The notes below the pieces were generated by a model that saw only the letters and a list, made by a program, of their open reading frames with translations, was not told where the DNA came from and did not search any database. A stretch of 64,000 nucleotides of DNA, taken from NCBI GenBank assembly GCA_001662655.1, contig KV460263.1; one strand, given 5' to 3'. The position numbers and the translations under genes were made by a program. How positions within the stretch are numbered: position 1 is the first letter of the stretch; every line of letters begins with the position of its first letter. Shown here one piece after another: positions 26,834-39,074 of this stretch. Origin of the DNA: Pseudogymnoascus verrucosus (lineage: Eukaryota).

Positions 26834-27609
26834 TTGATTAAAGCCATTTGATTAACAGGCGTTTGCGCTTGCTTTGGTTTGCTATGGTTTTTTTTTGGAC
26901 CTGGTTTGCCGGCTTGGAGTGGGTGGTGGTTTGCTTGTGGGGCGGGATGATACCATGTGCTTGCTATGCTATGCTCCTTTCGTTGCTTCATTTGTTTGTT
27001 GGCTTTCCTTTTGATTGCTTCATGCAATGGGATGGAGATGGGATGGCCTTATACTTCCTCCGCCGGGCTTCAACACGACAATCTTGATTTGAGAGGAGTG
27101 CGATTTGGCAGTTCGATTGGGTTCTCTCTTTCGTTTTTTATTTGTTTTACTTTTGTTTTTGCTTGCTTGTTCTTTCATTTGTTCTTGGGCGGCTGTCTGA
27201 ATTATTTTTATGCGCTTGGAATGGGGGGTGTTGGGGTGGGGTATAATGATGATGACTGGATGGGACTGATGGTGGGCACGACGATGGGATGGATAGATGA
27301 TGGAGATCAAGACGATGGGGGACGAGGATGAGGATGAGGATAGGAATTCAACACGATATCGATGAATGAGGAAGATGAATCCGCTGGAAGAAGCGAGAGG
27401 AGAAGGGAGTGAGTGGCAGGAGACGGCGATGGAATATAATATATACCTTACCTACCACCAAAACAACAAAACAAGATATAAGATAGATAAACAAATACTA
27501 TCATTGTCACTCCAAACCTCATTCATGCATGCATCTGAGAACTGCTCTGCCTATGTGACTTCCCCTATATAACTGTGTTAAATCTGCACTTCAACAACTA
27601 AACTGTGTG

Positions 27610-29340
27610 AGGCAGAGGGATCACTAGCGGGATATTGAATACCGATGAGACTCTGTTGGTATTCAACATCCCATTAGTGATCCATCCCTCTCTAACGTGT
27701 AGAAGCCAGTGTCTAAGGTCTACCCTCATAAGGACCGTGGCTCATCCAGACTTAAAATATGTAACGCCCTGTTGAGCAACCTGTAGCTCCTGCGTCTGAG
27801 CAGTCTGAGTTCAGAGAAGGAAGTTCTAATGGAGAAGAGAGCGTGCGTGCACTCGCCTCCGAGAGTAGTCATTTTCTTATACATGAGAGGCTATAAACAT
27901 AATGTCCCGCATTTTCGGGCAGTTGTGCGCATTTTCAACCCCGTTTCGTGAAATCTGGCGCTATCGCAAACGTGATCACTCACGCACGGTAGCGCAAGAT
28001 TTTACTGCTTTCTAGTCAGTGTGAGACGGCTATCGCAAATGTGATCACTCACGCACGGTAGCGGTCTCACAGTGACTAGAAAGCAGTAACCAGAAAACAG
28101 TGATCCTTGTGCTTGAGATGTGCAAAGGTAGCCGTGGAAACTGTGTGTGACTAATGTTGTAGGAGGAAAGAGGTTTGACCAGACAGAGCTTGTGAAGTAA
28201 GTTGGCTGCAACAGAGAAGCCTGTAGAGGAGCCTGTAGAGAAGAAAGACTATAGACACGTTATAAAAGAGCTTGCAAGCTGCGACAGAGAAATCTCTAGA
28301 AAAATTTACGGACTCCTTAGACGTCATAAGAACTCTATATCCCTACAAAGGGCAATGAAGAAGAACCCATCTCTAGATTGTGCAAACTTGTTTATCACCC
28401 CTTAGGTAGTGTAGCAGAGGAATAGGATCCTTCTCCTCCAGAACGTGGCGGAGAGGGTCAACAGGTCTATGAGGGGCTGTCTGTGTGCCTTAGTCTTCTC
28501 ATAGTCATAACTGTGAATACGTGTGCTACCGTGTTCATTAGTCTGTCTCCTCCTGCCCTTCCCCCATCTACCGCTAAGTTTGTCCACCTGCAGCCGCCCT
28601 CCCCACTCCCCTCCCCTCATAACAGCAACCCAGTCGCCACGACCACTGCCACCCCCATCCTCACCGGTTCCGCACATAGCTAGACAGCTTTAGTTAATCC
28701 TAAGCGTTTTCGCTTGTAGACCATGCACCATAGTCACTGCCAGTAGTAATCTAGTCAGTAATCCAGTGGTGGCATTCTGCCGGCAGACTGCAGTATTATT
28801 GCCGCCCTCCCTCTGCCGCCCCCTCCTCACCGATTCTGCGCACTTCAGAACTGTCCCCGACAGTTCCGCGCACTCTCCCCTAAGGGCCGTGCACCCCGGC
28901 GGCAATCTGCCAGTAGCCGGCCGCCTGCTGCCGCTGCCGGCGCAACGCTTCGCCGGTTTTGCGCACCTACGTGCAATTCCAAAGAGATTTGCGCATTCTC
29001 GGTCAAGGACCGTGCGCCATAGTCGCCAGTACCCACTCACTATAGTAGTGACCTGGCGGCAATATGGTAACAGGCGGCTGCCACCACTGCTGCCACCACC
29101 GCTACTACCACTGCTGCTACCACTGCTGCTGTTGCTGTCGGCACAACTCTTCACCGAATCTGCGCATTTCAGAACTATTAATGACAGTTCTGCGCATTTT
29201 CAGTAAAGGGCCGTGCGTCACGGTCCTCTACTAGTATTGCGAGTAGCCTAGCAGCAATCTAGCACCTGTTTGCCGCCTGCCGCACATTCACTTAAAGACT
29301 GTGCGCGCAGCTGTCAGATGACAACCGCTCACGGTCAGTC
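27610..29340. mobile_element. Degenerate repeat / probable transposon relic with hairpins, internal repeats and a decayed ORF
   Basis: Inverted repeats at 27618-27683 and 27951-28089, ~70-bp units recurring in 28660-29310, transition-only variants of GGCGGCAATCTG, and a stop-interrupted ORF near 28202-28500. No transposase motif was recognised. Confidence 0.45.
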
Positions 29341-30367
29341 CTTTGGGGATAATGTACGTCTATCCATCTCCCACCACCCTCCCCCCTATACTGCCCCTAT
29401 CCACCTCTCCCGAGTTTGCCCACCCCCATCCTAGCTGCTGTAGAGCTCGTTTGTTCCCCCGCGCGCAGATGCTCCCTACCGTCGCCCACCCTTCGCCATC
29501 TCGCTGCTGTTGCTATATAAAAAAATGCAGATATAAATGCAATCACTACTCCCACAGTGTGAATGCGGTTTGTAGCTGCTAAATGCTGCTAGATGTAGTT
29601 TGTATAGTTGCTAGTTGGTGGTTGGTGGTGAAAATGTGGTGGAGATGCATGTACGGATGGATGCGCGCGGATGGATACACTCATGCCCACCCAATTCTGC
29701 TGTTTAGACACCGCGCCGCAATAGAGGAGTAGCAACGTAGATAGATAGACAGAAATGCGAATAAACCCCCATCCATCCATTCAGCCTTCCACCACTTTCG
29801 AATCTCTTTCCACTCAAAGCATCATCATCACACGCCCACAAAGACACACACACACATCTACATCAACACAACACGCAAAGACACAAATTTCTAAACCTCA
29901 TATCATATCATATTTCTTTTCTTCCACACCACTCCCCTCTACATTCATGATAAATCCTCCCCATCTATTCCCCTCCTCCACCTTCTCCTCTTCACCCCCC
30001 TCCTTTCCGCCTTTCTCCTTCCTCCTTTCCCCTTCCGTCAAAACCACAACATTCCACCCCTCCAACATTCCAAACAAAGAATTACAAAAACAGAACAACC
30101 ACAACCACAACCACAAAAACGAACAGCGACGACAACCGCAAACATAAATAAATGAAACAAGATTTCCGATCTCGATCTGTGAACAAAAAACGATCAAAAA
30201 CGATCCTCAAAAAAGCTAAGATGGCATGAAAAGAAGAAAGAAATAATAATTCATGCATCCGCCACAACAACTTCCTTCCTCCAACCACAACAATAACCAG
30301 GGACAACCTCAACAAACCGGGGGGACATGGCAACAATCATCAAAAACATCACATCAAAAAACAAAAT

Positions 30368-32774
30368 CTACATCAACCCTCCCCCCGCCACAATCCCCAT
30401 CCCCACAACTCCACTCCCCATCATCCCCCCCTCAAACTGCCCCTCATCAATCTCCAATCCCTCCTCCCCTACAATCTCGAGCCCACCCCCCTCATCAAGG
30501 CCCATCAAACTCGCATGCCTCGTATGCGAGTGCGAGTTCGAGTGGCCAGGGTGCGAGGGGTGCGAGGTGGAGGAGATGTTATCGAGGTTGGCAGAGACTT
30601 GTTGTTGCAAGGATGAAAGCTCGTCCTCGCCCTCGTAGTCCTCCTCCTCCTCCTCCTCGCCGGAGAGGGAGGCGTAGGCGCCTCCGTCGCTGGAGCCGTC
30701 GCCGCGCTCGTGGGTGCGTCTGTGTCTATTCTCTGTCAGTACTAATCCCTTCGTACCATCCCAACAACCCCCAGAGGAAAAGGAATACTCACTGCGCAAG
30801 ATTATCACTCCTCGAAAACGCCTTCCTACAAACCCCACAAACATACGGCCTCTCCTGCGTATGCGTCCTCACATGCCTCTTAAGATGCTCTAACCGCTTA
30901 AACAGCCTCCCACAAGTAGGAATCGGACACGAATGGCTCTTCTGCGGATACGGACTCCCGAGTTCCATCATCGTCGCGCTGCGCGCCCTGCGCACCGCAC
31001 CGCTGACACCAACGCTGTTACCGCTGGCTGTGACGGAACCGCCGCGGCGGGAATCAACCACGCCGTTGGAGGTGGAGTCGAAGTCGGGGGAGAGATCGGT
31101 GGTGAAGTCGTGGTGGAGGGAGAGGGGGTGCACGCTGCCGTTGTTGGAGCCATCGGGGGTCCCCGTGCGCGAGAGCGCAAGGAGGTCCTTATGGTGGTGT
31201 GACATGGCGTGCGCTGGGTAGCTCAACCTCGGCGACCTTGGCTCAGCATCCTCTGGCACCGGGTCCACAGAGTGCGATACCGAGCGACGGAGATCGCTGG
31301 GTCTGTGAGGAGGGTGGGAAGTAGTCTGCTGGGCCTGCTGTCCCTGCGACGGGGTAGGAAGTGCCGACAATCCAGGCGGAATCGACGACCGCCTCCTCCT
31401 CTGCTTATAAGTCGGCGACCCCTCAATAACCGAGTACGACGCGCCATACGGCCTCGTGTACGACGGCCCAGGGAGCGACGTGGGAGGCATCGACATCATC
31501 CCATGCATATTAACCATGTGCTCCGGAATCGCCGAATACAACCCCGTATCCTCATTCGCGATATACGCAGGCTCAGGCCCCATCCCCGACGCCTGCGGCG
31601 GCGTGATCGGCTCAAACGACAAGCCGCGGGATGTGTAGTCCTCGTAGTGCGACGACACGAACGAGGGGGCAGGGGAGTACTCCATCCCGTATGCGGGCAT
31701 GGAGGCGTGGCGCTGGTGGGTCTGGGTAAGCGGCACGCCGTTCTGGTTGTATTGTACGCGCCCGAAGTCGTGCTCGCGCTTGACGACGTGCTGCGCCATG
31801 GTGGGCATGTTCATCTGCGCGTAGGCAAGGTGCTGCGACATGTCGTCTTGCATTGGCATTGCCTGCGGGATCATCTGGGGTGGGGGCATGGAGTCGATGG
31901 CGCGCATGACGGGGGATGTGGATTGGGATTGCGAGTAGGATGGCTGGTGTTGTTGTTGTTGCTGCTGCTGTTGCTGCTGCTGTTGTTGTGCGGAGAAGGA
32001 CGACGAGTTGGCCTGCTGAGCCTTGGTGAGCTGCTCGAACAGCGACTGCGAGGAGTCGAATTCAAACGACAGCGCAGGCTCGTTGGTAGCCATGGTCGTG
32101 GCCTCCTGGCCCATCTTCTCGCGCTTGAGATCGCGCTCGAGCGCGTCGAGGAAGAGGCGGTCATGCGGCACGCTGTACCAGTAGAACACCTTCTGCTTCT
32201 TCTGCGTGCGGATGCAGTTGTTCTTGTACAGGAAGTCGAGGAAGCCGCTCTTTGGCTCCTCGAGCGACGCGTCGGTCCCCGACTTGAGGTTGCGCAGGTC
32301 GGAGAAGATGCCCTCCTCGAACTTCTTCGAGTTCTTCACGGGCCGGCCGAAGGCTTGGAAGCGGAACGAGAGGCATCGTACGATGTCGGTGCCGGAGATG
32401 TGGAAGAGGTTGTTCCTAGCGGGGAGGGTTAGTTGGTTTTTCGCTTTTAAGCGCCTTGATGGGCCACTTACCACAAGACACACGACACGTATTCGCCGGT
32501 AGGTAATAAAAAGCGTCTAATGTACTGATCGGGCGTCCAGTCAACCGGCGCCGAAATAAGGAAATATTTGACTACACCGTGTGTTAGTCGGGGGTCCTCG
32601 GCATCATCGTCACCCGCGCGAAGTCAACTCACGATTATCAACCTGCTGCAACGCAACCTGCGCATCCTGCGGCAGGCTCTGCTGCGCCTCACTGCTCAAC
32701 ATGAACGTCTCCGGCTTCTGCGGCGGCGCCATCGACGCATGCGCATGATGCTGGGGATACATCATGTGCGCCAT
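30368..32774 (-). CDS. STE12: Ste12/SteA transcription factor (STE homeodomain-like domain plus two C2H2 zinc fingers)
   Basis: MAHMMYPQH..PPQKPETFMLS..VDN|LKYFLISAPVDW..VLW|NNLFHISGTDIVR..KKQKVFYWYSVPHDRLF, then fingers CPIPTCGRLFKRLEHLKRHVRTH and CGVCRKAFSRSDNLAQ|HRRTH. Introns 32572-32632, 32416-32471 and 30726-30792. Alternative start at 32762. Confidence 0.97.
31947..31990 (-). repeat. CAG/CAA polyglutamine tract in STE12
   Basis: Mixed (CAA/CAG)n encoding a run of about 14 Q. Confidence 0.9.
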
Positions 32775-34913
32775 GATGCGCGCGGTTCGAAACGCCGACC
32801 TAAAACGGCGCGCGTGTGTGAGGGTTGGTCGTTATCGACGTCGACGTCGGGTGTGGTGGTTCGCGATTGAAACGACTACGGCGTGGGAAGGCGGCGGCGC
32901 GGCACGGTGTGAAGCGCGCGCGGTGTCGTATCGTGTTCGTGTTGTGTTGGACAGTTGTAGTGTCGATGGTATGGTGCGGTACGTGTTTACGCGCGGGTGG
33001 ATCAATCAATCGCTCTTCTCAGTCTCAGGACCAGCCTCAAGTTTCGATAGCGATAGCGATGTGCAATTAAAAAAACGGATGTGTGTGTGTGTGTATGGTA
33101 TGGGTGTGTGTTGTACTTGTTTCGCGCTCGGCGGGGTGCGGTGAGGTGTGAAGCGTATGCTGTTGCGGAGGAGTAGCGACGAGGTCAACTCGGGGCTGTT
33201 ATTCAAACTCGACTCTGGCGACAGTGCAAAAAACCCGCTGGGTCTTGGGGGGGAAGGGCGGTTTCGTCAGGGTGATCCGCGGCTGGGTTGGGGATGGATG
33301 GCGGCTGAGGGCGACAGTGACAGTGACAGTGTGTTGTGTTTCTGTTTTCTCCCCGAGATGTAACGCGCGGATGCTTCGCGATTGACGGATGGTAGTATTG
33401 TGATGGATGTATGGTGTATGAAGATGCTCGCCTGCGACGTTTTGGAAGTGGGGTAGTGTAGTGTTTGTAGGGGGAAACGGGAGATGAAGCAGAAAAAGAG
33501 AGACTGGGAGTGCAAAAGAATGCAAAGAATGCGATGCAAATGAGAAGGGAAAGATGAGGGAGGACGAGAAAGCGTCAGATGAGTTTGAGGATGGGGGTGG
33601 TATGGGGCGGGAGGGGATTTAAAGGGAGGTGTCAGTGCTTGGGTGCTTGGGTTTGGTGGGAGTGGGAGGGAGGGGGGGGGTGTGGGTGGTAGGGATTGGG
33701 GGGGTGTGTGTGGATGATGGGGATTTAGGATGGGATGGGGGTATGTGGTGGTGAAGAGGGTGTGGGTGGAGTTTATGGAAGATGGTAGGGGGGTGTGAAG
33801 GTGGTAGGTGGGTGGTGGGTGGTGGGTGGTGGTAGGTGGGTAGATGGTAGGTGGCAGGGGAAGTAGGGGGGAGAGGGAGGGAAAGAGCAGAGAGAGAGAG
33901 GTGGCAGGCAGGTGTGGTGGTAGGTGGTAGGGGTGGTGGTAGGGTGCTAGGGGGACTGTGGGTGGTGGTAGGTGGGTGATGGGTGGGTGGGTGTGGTGGA
34001 TGTGTGTGGTGGGTGTATGGTGGATGGGAGGGTCAGTTAGGCAGGGGAAGAGAGGAGAGGACTGGGCTGGGAGAGTTGGTTGGGAAAGAGAAGAGAAGAA
34101 GGTACAGTGAGCATGTACCACCTTTCCTCCCAGCCAACTACTATGCAAGTACCAGGTACGCGAGAATATGCAGTCCACAAGGCGAGACAGCAGGTAACTG
34201 AGTACATCCCATCCAACCCAGCCGATGCCCCATGCAGGCAGAGATACGGGTAGAGATACGTGCAGGCAGAGACACAGACAGACAGAGAGACAGAGATGGA
34301 GTGGATGGTGTGCAGGCAAGGCAAAGGCAAAGGCAAAGGCAAGGTACAGTACTTGCCGTGCATATCCATATTAGTGTAAGTAAGTAGCAAGTCCTCCGTA
34401 TACCGTACAGTATTGGAACCAAAAATAGGTGAGTGGACGCATTTTACGCAGATAGATCAGATTCTACCCAGCCAAAACAGACGGAAAACACAGAACACAC
34501 AGAAGAAGCTGCAAAAGAAGGCACGAGAGAAGGAAGGGGTATATCACATGCATCCTATACCTACGCGATGTCCGACCCGTCCGTCATAGGGAGAAGATGT
34601 ACTATTCACCATCCCACAGGCTAGAGGAGTTACTTATCTCCGTTCTCCGTTTTTTTATACAGGAAAAAGGTCTGAGCAGAGGGTCTGTGAGAAGGTCTGT
34701 GTGTGTGCGTGTGCGTGTGAGCGATGGGGATGGATCTTGGTGTAGTGTAGTGTAGTGTAAAATGCCAGCTAGGTACGCTGGGTGAGTGAGGTGTGAGCGA
34801 GGTGGGTGAGGTGGTCTGTGGTCTGTGGTTTGTGCCGTCTGCCGTATAAAACAGAGTCTGTGCCTGGACCTGTGCCTGTCTGTGCCTGGCTACCTGGCTG
34901 TACCTTTCCGCGT

Positions 34914-34940
34914 CGGTCGGTCGGTCGGTCGGTCGGTCGG
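34914..34940. repeat. (GGTC)n microsatellite; nearby (GGCAAA)n at ~34319-34342 and (TGTAG)n at ~34741-34758
   Basis: Direct reading of tandem units in the STE12 upstream region. Confidence 0.85.
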
Positions 34941-37900
34941 ACCCTGGTGTCCGCGTTCCGTGTGGTGTGGTTTTTGGGTGAATGGGGATGCTTTTGGGTG
35001 AGAGAGTACCATAGTAATAATAGGAGAGTACCATACTCTCTGTACGTACGTAGTAATCTTAGTGGTCTATAGTGGTCGTTATACCCTCTTTCGCCTCTCT
35101 CTCATCTCTCCCATCTCCCAGTGGAGCGTAATAACAAATACGGTGGGTATTCCATCCATCTAGACCACAATGTACCCATAACGGACCACTTTCTACCAAG
35201 GTATATCCAACTATAGTTCACTGTGCAGTACTACAGTACTACATCACTTCCCACAATAAGCATCTAGTGGATTAATAACAGCATCGTGTTATAGCACTAC
35301 TGCTACTATACTACACAATTAATACTCCGTGTTTACTCCGAGTGGACGGCGGCGATGGTACGATAATCCCGTGTCTATAAGGTAATAGGGGATATGTATG
35401 TGCCGATGCGATGCGATGGGCTGGATGGATGGAATTGCACCTCGGTCGTCTTGCTGGAATGGGTAGAGGGATACGATGGATGGATGGATGGGCTGTGCTG
35501 TGCGCATGGCCTGGCCTGTCTCTACTTTCCACTTCCCATCCGTCGATAGTCTCTCTATCATCGATCGTACTATAGTTTCCTAATCCGCGATCTTGTCTCT
35601 CCTGTCTCTCCTATCCTATCTACCTCTACCCATCTGCCGTCTCTCTCTCCTATATATCCCCTGACTCTCCCTCATCTCCTCATCTCCCCATCATCATCAC
35701 ATGTCTCTCCCCCCATCCCCTCGCATCCTCCCGTGTCTCTCTTCTTTATCAACATGACATGTCTCTCTCTCATCTCCCCATCGTCCCATCCCTCCCATCC
35801 CTCCCTCCCGCTCCTCCCACACCCACCCACCACCACAATTCAGGTACACACACCCCCTCCCGCCTAGCCACCCAGGACTATCCCCCATCCCACCTAGCCC
35901 TCCCACTCTACCCCCCATCCGTCTTAGCCCACCCACCCCCCAAAATCTCACACACACCCAAAACACAAGGAACGGACGGAGAAGACGGATGGAAGAATGG
36001 GAAACGGGTAAGCGTCTGTTTGGGCCTTGCTACGGGGGGTTCAAACATGGATGAAATCGTGAGATGGATACGAGATGCGACGATATGCGAGAGACGGGGG
36101 GATCGGATGAGGATGGGAGGGAGAGGTGAGATGTGAGATGTGAAGTGTACACGGCAATTCTTACACCTCCCTCAGTCACTCACTTCTCCGTCTCTACAGT
36201 GCTTCCTCCCTCGCCGTCGTCTCTCTCTCCAGTACCTATCTACAGACTATCTACACACACCGCCGCCGCTGTTGTCAACCACACGACCATGCGACCACAG
36301 ACACGACCCCAGCCGCTCAGGTACACCCGCACCACAACCGCCCTCACTCACCCAATACAAAAGGACGAGTAGCCAGCCGCCGATGTCTTGCCTTGTCGCT
36401 ATTTTCAGATAGACAGATCTGTATTTAGAGACTGTCAGCTATTTAGAGTACACGCCCTCGCTATTTAGAGATACTATAGTGGGTGAGGGAGTGCTATTTA
36501 CAGTACAGCGGCAAGAACAAGACAGCGGCAACACTCACCCAAACAGTCAACGATAACCATACGATCCCCTCCCATCAGCACTCCCCATCAACCATCCCTC
36601 ACCACTCACTCACCACCCATCCCATCGTCCATCTATACATCCCCACTGTACACCACCCAACCACGTGCCCTCCCCCCCAAACCCTCCCTTCTCATCCAAT
36701 CCCTCCTCCCTCTCCCTCTCCCACCAACCAGCAAAAATACGTATCTTCGCCCCAGCGACACGCCCACCACTTCCACGCGCATCTCTAGCGTCTTGGCATA
36801 CATCCACACGCACGCTCCCCGCCAACGGCCCACTCAACACGAAACGAGTGCGAAACCGAGGGGTCCGCGTCTCACCATGCCGTCGCTTTCTTCTATCGTC
36901 CCTCACGTTGCTGTGGCGTGGGAGCTGTGGTGTAGTGATGGGTAGCGACGGAGCGGGAGGCTGGAGCTGTCAAAGGAGGTACGGGCTGAGTGAGGTATAT
37001 CACCCGATCTATCTAAGCTAAGCTGGTGATGGATGTTGCAGCCCGATGTGGCGCCGGGATTGGTATCTAGATTCAGCGCGTACCTGCATGCTCATCCAAC
37101 TTCATCCTTCCTTTGTCCTGTCCTGCGCCGGCATTCCCCCGTCAAACAGGAGTTCGCATACACGAATAGTAAAAGATGCGAACTCACGGACGGACGGCTT
37201 GATGCGGTTGTCTTATCGTGCTTGCTTGATGCGAACTCATGGGTTCTTACACTTGTCTCGTCTGCTTGCTGATGCGAACTCACGCTTGCTTGCCTACTTG
37301 CTTGCTTGTCTAGACCCAGAGGTAGGGAGAGAGATAGGTAATGGATACGTGCATGCGTGAACCACACAGCTACCCGAGACATCGAGCTGTCAGATAGACA
37401 GGTAGATGATAGACAGTATCGTACACCTACCGAGACATTTTACAACTACCGCCCCTTCCCTTCCCTTCCCATCCCATCAATCACCCCTCCTCCCTCTCCC
37501 TTCCCACAGATCAACAAACAAACAAAAAAAGCACCAGCCACTCGCATTCCAGACCCCCAGGCACGGACGGCAAGCGGGAGGAGGGGGTCCGCGGGTGCGG
37601 CGTGGGGTGCTGAAACAGCGGGTTATTCGCTTGGTCCTCCGCGGTAGCAGGGGGGGGAAGGGTTTCAGATGAGCGCTCCGTGCGTGCCATGCGCGCTGTG
37701 GACCTGCATCTGGACCTTGACCTGATTCCCCTCGTAGAGCTCGGATTGGGTTTGTTTAGTTTTGTTTTGGTGTGTTTGTGGGTTTTTTCTAGGAGCTAGA
37801 GATGGATCGGGTGATCTGTCCGGCGCCTTACTCACGCAGGGGGATGGACGGACGACGGGGAGGATGCGGGTTGGGGGCGTGGGACCTGCTTTGGGACCTG

Positions 37901-39074
37901 CGTTAGCTCCAGGGGTAAGAAGAGATGTGGGCACCTGGACAGCTGTGGTGATGGATTGTGGATGGTGCATGCTAGATGGACAAATAGCTGGATAAGAAGC
38001 AAGTCCGCTAAACGGGGGGGTAAACACGGCGTCTCCGATGTTATGCATACGATGCAAGATGGTATTTATAGATCCCCCCCCCTAGATGTCGGTCTGTGTC
38101 GGCGGTCGGTGCGGCGGGAATATCGGGGGTTTCTCCCCCTCCTCCTCTATTGTGCTGTGCTGTAGTGTTCTGTAGTGTAGGTCTTGGGAGAGGGGGGCAA
38201 GATACTTGGCTGCTAGATCGGGTGGGAGTTAGAGGAGACGAGGTGGAGAGCAATCGGCTGATCACTTGGCTGTTAGCTGTCGGCTGATGCGTTGATAGAG
38301 GGGTTGATAGAAGGGTGAGTGGATGGATTGATAGCGAGAGGGGGGGTTCATAGATGGGGATGGCTAAGACGGGTATCGGCACCCACACGGCGGCGAGGCG
38401 GGGAGGCGGCTCGGTGTGCATGCTCTCCTTTGTTGTCCGTCACTTGGCCGCCTGTTTGTTCACCGAGCGTGTGTTGGGGGGTAGTCGTTGCTCGTGGACT
38501 TTGGAAGTTGAGAATGGGGCTGTGGGGGTAGGTTGTGAGGTGATAGTGATATCAAGCATCTGGTTCCTTGCTTTTTTAATTTGAGATCTTGATTGCTTGG
38601 GTGGGGGTTATTAAGAAGGGGGTGATTGGATTTGATTATATTAAATCTGGATATAAACAAGATTTTTGGAATATAAAAATACAGTTCGCGTTGAGAATGG
38701 GGGATGTACTCGTAACGAAGGATCTAGATAGCTATATTCTTTCGTCTTCGGTTCTTAGGAGGCTATTGCAGATGCATAGTACTATCATATCCACCTCATA
38801 GCCATGTACACGTTATATTTAATCACATCTTATGATGAATTATGAATAAAAAATGTAGTCTCTCTGTTAACAGTAAAGTATTAGCTTCGATTTGACATGG
38901 CTTATCCGGCATTCAGTTTGCTGGTTTGACTTTGCTATTAGACAGACAAGAGAGGATGGGATGGGTATAGAGCTCTAATCCATTGTCATAAAAAAATAAA
39001 CGGGACTGGGTTTGCATCTTTTATACTCATATATTTTATATAGGGGGCTTTTAAGTGTAAGTTTCGGGGTAATA

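Noticed and set aside
27760..29323. Possible solo LTR (TGTAAC...TGACA termini)
   Set aside because: No matching TSD, PBS or PPT found, and boundaries are ambiguous.
31209..32432. 407-aa + strand ORF
   Set aside because: Antisense shadow of GC-rich STE12 exon with no protein motifs.
33267..34319. 350-aa His/Pro-rich minus ORF upstream of STE12
   Set aside because: Arises from low-complexity CCA/CAC tracts and has no domain. Treated as non-coding.
15200..39000. tRNA, snRNA, 5S rRNA, telomerase RNA or TPP riboswitch in the large intergenic regions
   Set aside because: No diagnostic motifs recognised by eye, and isolated GTTCGA hits lack cloverleaf context. An Infernal scan is needed to exclude them fully.
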